Positions 60,761 through 64,000 of a DNA stretch of 64,000 bases are shown one piece after another. The position numbers were made by a program, and so were the translations under genes. The notes under the pieces are model-generated. The model worked only from the letters and a program-made list of their open reading frames with translations, was not told where the DNA came from and did not search any database. This stretch comes from Takakia lepidozioides (Eukaryota; Plantae; Bryophyta). Within the stretch, counting starts at the first letter, position 1, and every line of letters starts with the position of its first letter. The stretch lies in NCBI GenBank assembly GCA_030704615.1, contig CM060732.1, positions 79,112,001 to 79,176,000 on the forward strand. The letters run 5' to 3'.

Positions 60761-63560
60761 GTTCTTTTCTCCGGCCCCAACCTTCCTTAGGTTGGTGGCC
60801 CTTTTTCTCCCGGAGTTTTGCTACGGGGTAGTATCCCCTTAATAAGCTTTACGGCTTGTATCTTCACTTGTTATTTTATCCCGTCCATTTTAATCTATTT
60901 CCAGGGCCACCGTCCCCAGCCTGTTAAAAATAAAATATAAAAATCAGATAATTAAATACATAAGAATCTGCCAAAACTTTGTTGCCAAGACCTGAGTAGT
61001 CATATTTCTCTAAAGCATTATGGTATAAATTATTTGGAACATTTTAAAGGAAGACCAAGTATATGCAGTGACGAGTCCATAAACAACCATTAAACGACAC
61101 CATCCCTCCGAGCTGGGAGCTCTTTTAGTGCTCGTCACTCCCCTATAGAAGGCAAAGAGTCCGAGAAGTGAATTGGAGGCACCGCCGCTCTCTTAGGAAA
61201 ACTAGATCTAGAACGCAACTTTCCTTTCAGACTTACAAGAGGAAACGTGGTAGCTACTTAGTCATGTGCTGGTTTCTTTCTTTCTACCAGCTGTCTTCTG
61301 GCTTCCGTTTTCTTCTTCTCTTGGCTTTGGTGTTGGACTTGTATCAAGTTTTTTACATATTAGTCTGGTCCTAGTACTTAGGGGAAGGCCATGCCCGAAA
61401 ATCCAAGAACCCCCGACCCGAGAGGCCTTCCCCTGCATAAAGCACGTGGAAGATTTCTTTCCGCCTTCCGGATCTTTTCGACCAGGGATTGGCGCTTCTT
61501 TTCATTCTATACGCAGTGCCCACTTTTCTATGTGTTGTTTCCGCTTTTGTTGCGTATCAGGTGTCAAAGCTTTTGTCACGATTGTGATGTTGTGGCTGAT
61601 TCCATTCCGTAAGGTTCATTATCTGATTTGGAATTTGATGATTTTGCTATTGTGAGTTCTCCTTAGGTTTTTAATATTGAAGATATGGTACTAGAGTTGG
61701 ATTCTAATGCGCCGGCATTCCTCCAATTGAGATTCCGGAGGAGGGATTTCTAGTGACTATTACAGCAGGTAAGATGCCAGCGAACCTGACGGTAGGCTAC
61801 ATGTGGTTCTTGTGGCCCATATCACGCACACTTTTTTGTACGAGGTTGATGATGGCGTCGCTGATAAATTTGGTGAACCTGAAGAGAATAAATCTCCTGC
61901 TGTTCTAGTTTCAGAAGTTGCACTTCCAAATACCTCCCTCTCCACAGGTTCTTTGAAATCTTCAACAGAGAGTAACGTTGATGACGAAAGTTTTGTTGAA
62001 ACAGATTGCTCTTTGACGTCGTTTCGCACCTCATTCTAAGGATGAAATGCTGATTGTAAATGAAAGAGGATGCCGTAAAAGTAAACATGGCGAGAATTGG
62101 TCGCGGAACACTCTTGACGTCGAATGGAGCGTGGAGCAGAAGATTGATACCTCATTGTCCATTGAGGAACTCTCCGAACAGGAGGACCTTAGATACATCG
62201 TTGATCTTTTGGCTCGCTTTATACTTGATGCCAAGAAGCGTGATGGCTCACTATATCCTCTTGGGAGTATTAATTCATTCTTACGCGGTGTAGGCAGAAT
62301 AATTTGTGCTCACTACAATAAGTGTGCCGTTGAATCCAGCAAACCTTGCGAAAAATTCTGTATAAGTCTTATGGATGACATGAGATATCAACGAATCAAG
62401 TTGGCTGGTGACGAAGCTGTGGCAAGGTCTTTTAAAGCCGGCCTTGGAAAAAAAGTGCAGAAATTTGATTGTCTTACGCTTGACGAAGAAGCTCTTGTGT
62501 TGGCTCAACTGAACTGAAGATTTTTCCATCGAGCACACTGTCATGGGAAAGGTTCTGAGATATATCCAGTCTTTCGAAGACTGTAAAGGCTGATGTTGCG
62601 AGATGCGGCGTGAACAACATTCGAAAAGCTGTCGGTTGTCAAGTTGCAGCCATCATCGAGACGTATGAGAAAATGATTTCTCGTAGGCCTTCTTGGCCAC
62701 CTGGAGAGTCCGGTCCTCATCCACTGTTTTTGACAGCGCTTTCAAAGTGAAAGGCTACAGATCCCGTTTGGTACTCCAAAGGTCCTATAGGCAAAAATAT
62801 GCTTGCAACCGTTACAAAGAGAATGACTATCCGGCTTGTCTGAGAAGACTTTGACAAACAAGAGCGGCAGGACGACAGGAATTACTCGGATGTAGGAAGG
62901 CTGTGTGCCTACCATATATGGAATGGACATAATCGGACATAGGGATGCCGAAAGTTACGAGAAATACAATCTGTGGATAAAATGCTCAGAGATCGTGCTA
63001 TTTCAACGGATTATTAGTGGCGTGAAATTTCTTGGTCAACATTCCAAGATGCTCACTGGCAGGAGGTCGGTGCCTATGCGAAATTGCAAGAACATCAGGT
63101 GGCCAATGTCGTTCCTACAGAGTGTCCGGTTTTTGGTGGATTAGTTCCACATTCAAATGTTGTGGCTACAGTACCTGCAACACTTCCACTCGTTGTTTTC
63201 GATGAGGTTCCTGGAGCGCTTCAAGTGGATAAGGGAAAATCTAAAGTGTCCTGATCTGATATGGAGAATTTTTTTCGATCTTCTGGATTCTATATTCCGG
63301 GAAGCAGAACAGATGATGCATAAGAATTGGCCAATCAACTACCAGGTTCGTGGTTCCACAAACAATGTGGGTGGCCATTCATTCAGCAATCTTCAGAATT
63401 GTGTCATTCTTCAAATTGGTCCCAATGTTGTTATGCTGCCGCATTGTTGAAGGTTGCTATGGCATCTAAGTATACATCTGAGTCCGGCAAGGTAAATAAC
63501 TGATGTTAGTTCAAATTCATGCATATTTCTAGCTTCAGTACTTGTGTACATATTCATCTT
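60761..63560 (+). mobile_element. Crypton-like (DUF3504-type) tyrosine recombinase element, copy 3, pseudogenised
   Basis: NWSRNTL..EW, LARFILDAKKRDGSLYP, HPLFL, VWYSKGPIGKNMLATVTKRM, TNKSGRTTGITRM (62854-62892), GHRDAESYEKY (His 62938-40, Tyr 62965-67). About 100 bp deleted at 62508/62509, plus frameshifts and stops. Element borders uncertain. Confidence 0.8.
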
Positions 63561-63561
63561 T

Positions 63562-64000
63562 GAACTCATCAACGCCCCACATCGGCAACCTACCACACAA
63601 AATCTGGGTTATGAAAGCGTCATATCCTTCTAGAAGCCAACCAGCAAACAAGGCTGCAACAAACTTTATAATGTGTCCGGAAGAAACAAACTGGGGCCTT
63701 CAACAACAGCCAACAAGGGATTGGGTGTCCTGGAATAGGCAGCTTTTATTTTGCACTACAAATCTTGTGTCATGCAATGTGCACTAATTAAAGTTCCCTT
63801 TTTGGAGTCTGGATGATTACCACTCACTTCAACCTGGTATTCTTCACTACACTGATTGGTCCGCACCAGGTGGGTACGTGCAGTCACTAAGGCTCGGAGG
63901 CACTCCGTGCTCATCTGGAGTTTCCCAGATATCAAACATAAATACATTCAGAAGAGTGCCTCTCTTTATGATAAAATTGTTGAGTAGAACTGCCCTTCGA
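63562..64000. repeat. Segmental duplicate of 9665..10173; a GNAT paralog likely continues past the window
   Basis: Direct alignment with 9665..10173. Confidence 0.88.

Larger units (their letters stand above)
57793..61962. repeat. About 1.8-kb direct duplication: 57793..59602 matches 60146..61962
   Basis: Continuous high identity from CTGCTCTTGACTGATCCTCTTCCC to ACAGGTTCTTTGAAATCTT, with small indels. Confidence 0.92.

Overview
Nuclear DNA of a land plant, most likely a non-seed, bryophyte-like lineage (inferred from the PLS-class PPR style and the TE types; species not identifiable). About 1-28 kb is gene-rich: an intronless organellar Twinkle primase-helicase, a PLS-class PPR gene with a disrupted E domain, an unidentified multi-exon pseudogene, a GNAT gene plus a pseudogene, three tandem F-box copies interleaved with PPR fragments, an intronless-CDS prolyl 4-hydroxylase, a 3-exon TRM61 tRNA m1A58 methyltransferase and a trihelix/Myb-SANT gene. 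About 29-63.5 kb is a nest of decayed transposons: a CACTA transposase, TnpA-like region and right end; a hAT transposase flanked by two arrays of phased palindromes next to a RING-finger ORF; a hAT-type MITE; Ty3/gypsy gag, integrase and PHD remnants; and three partial copies of a Crypton-like (DUF3504-type) tyrosine recombinase gene. Two observations stand out. (1) A retroelement family with integrase-type TG...CA ends appears to have split direct repeats (A1...B1-NN-A2-B2) instead of normal LTRs, with an internal palindromic end-to-end junction (GACAGCTGTC) conserved in two diverged copies and a possible self-priming site. (2) Crypton-like tyrosine recombinase elements occur here in a land plant. 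All protein assignments come from motif recognition by eye, not database searches, and repeat counts are hand estimates.
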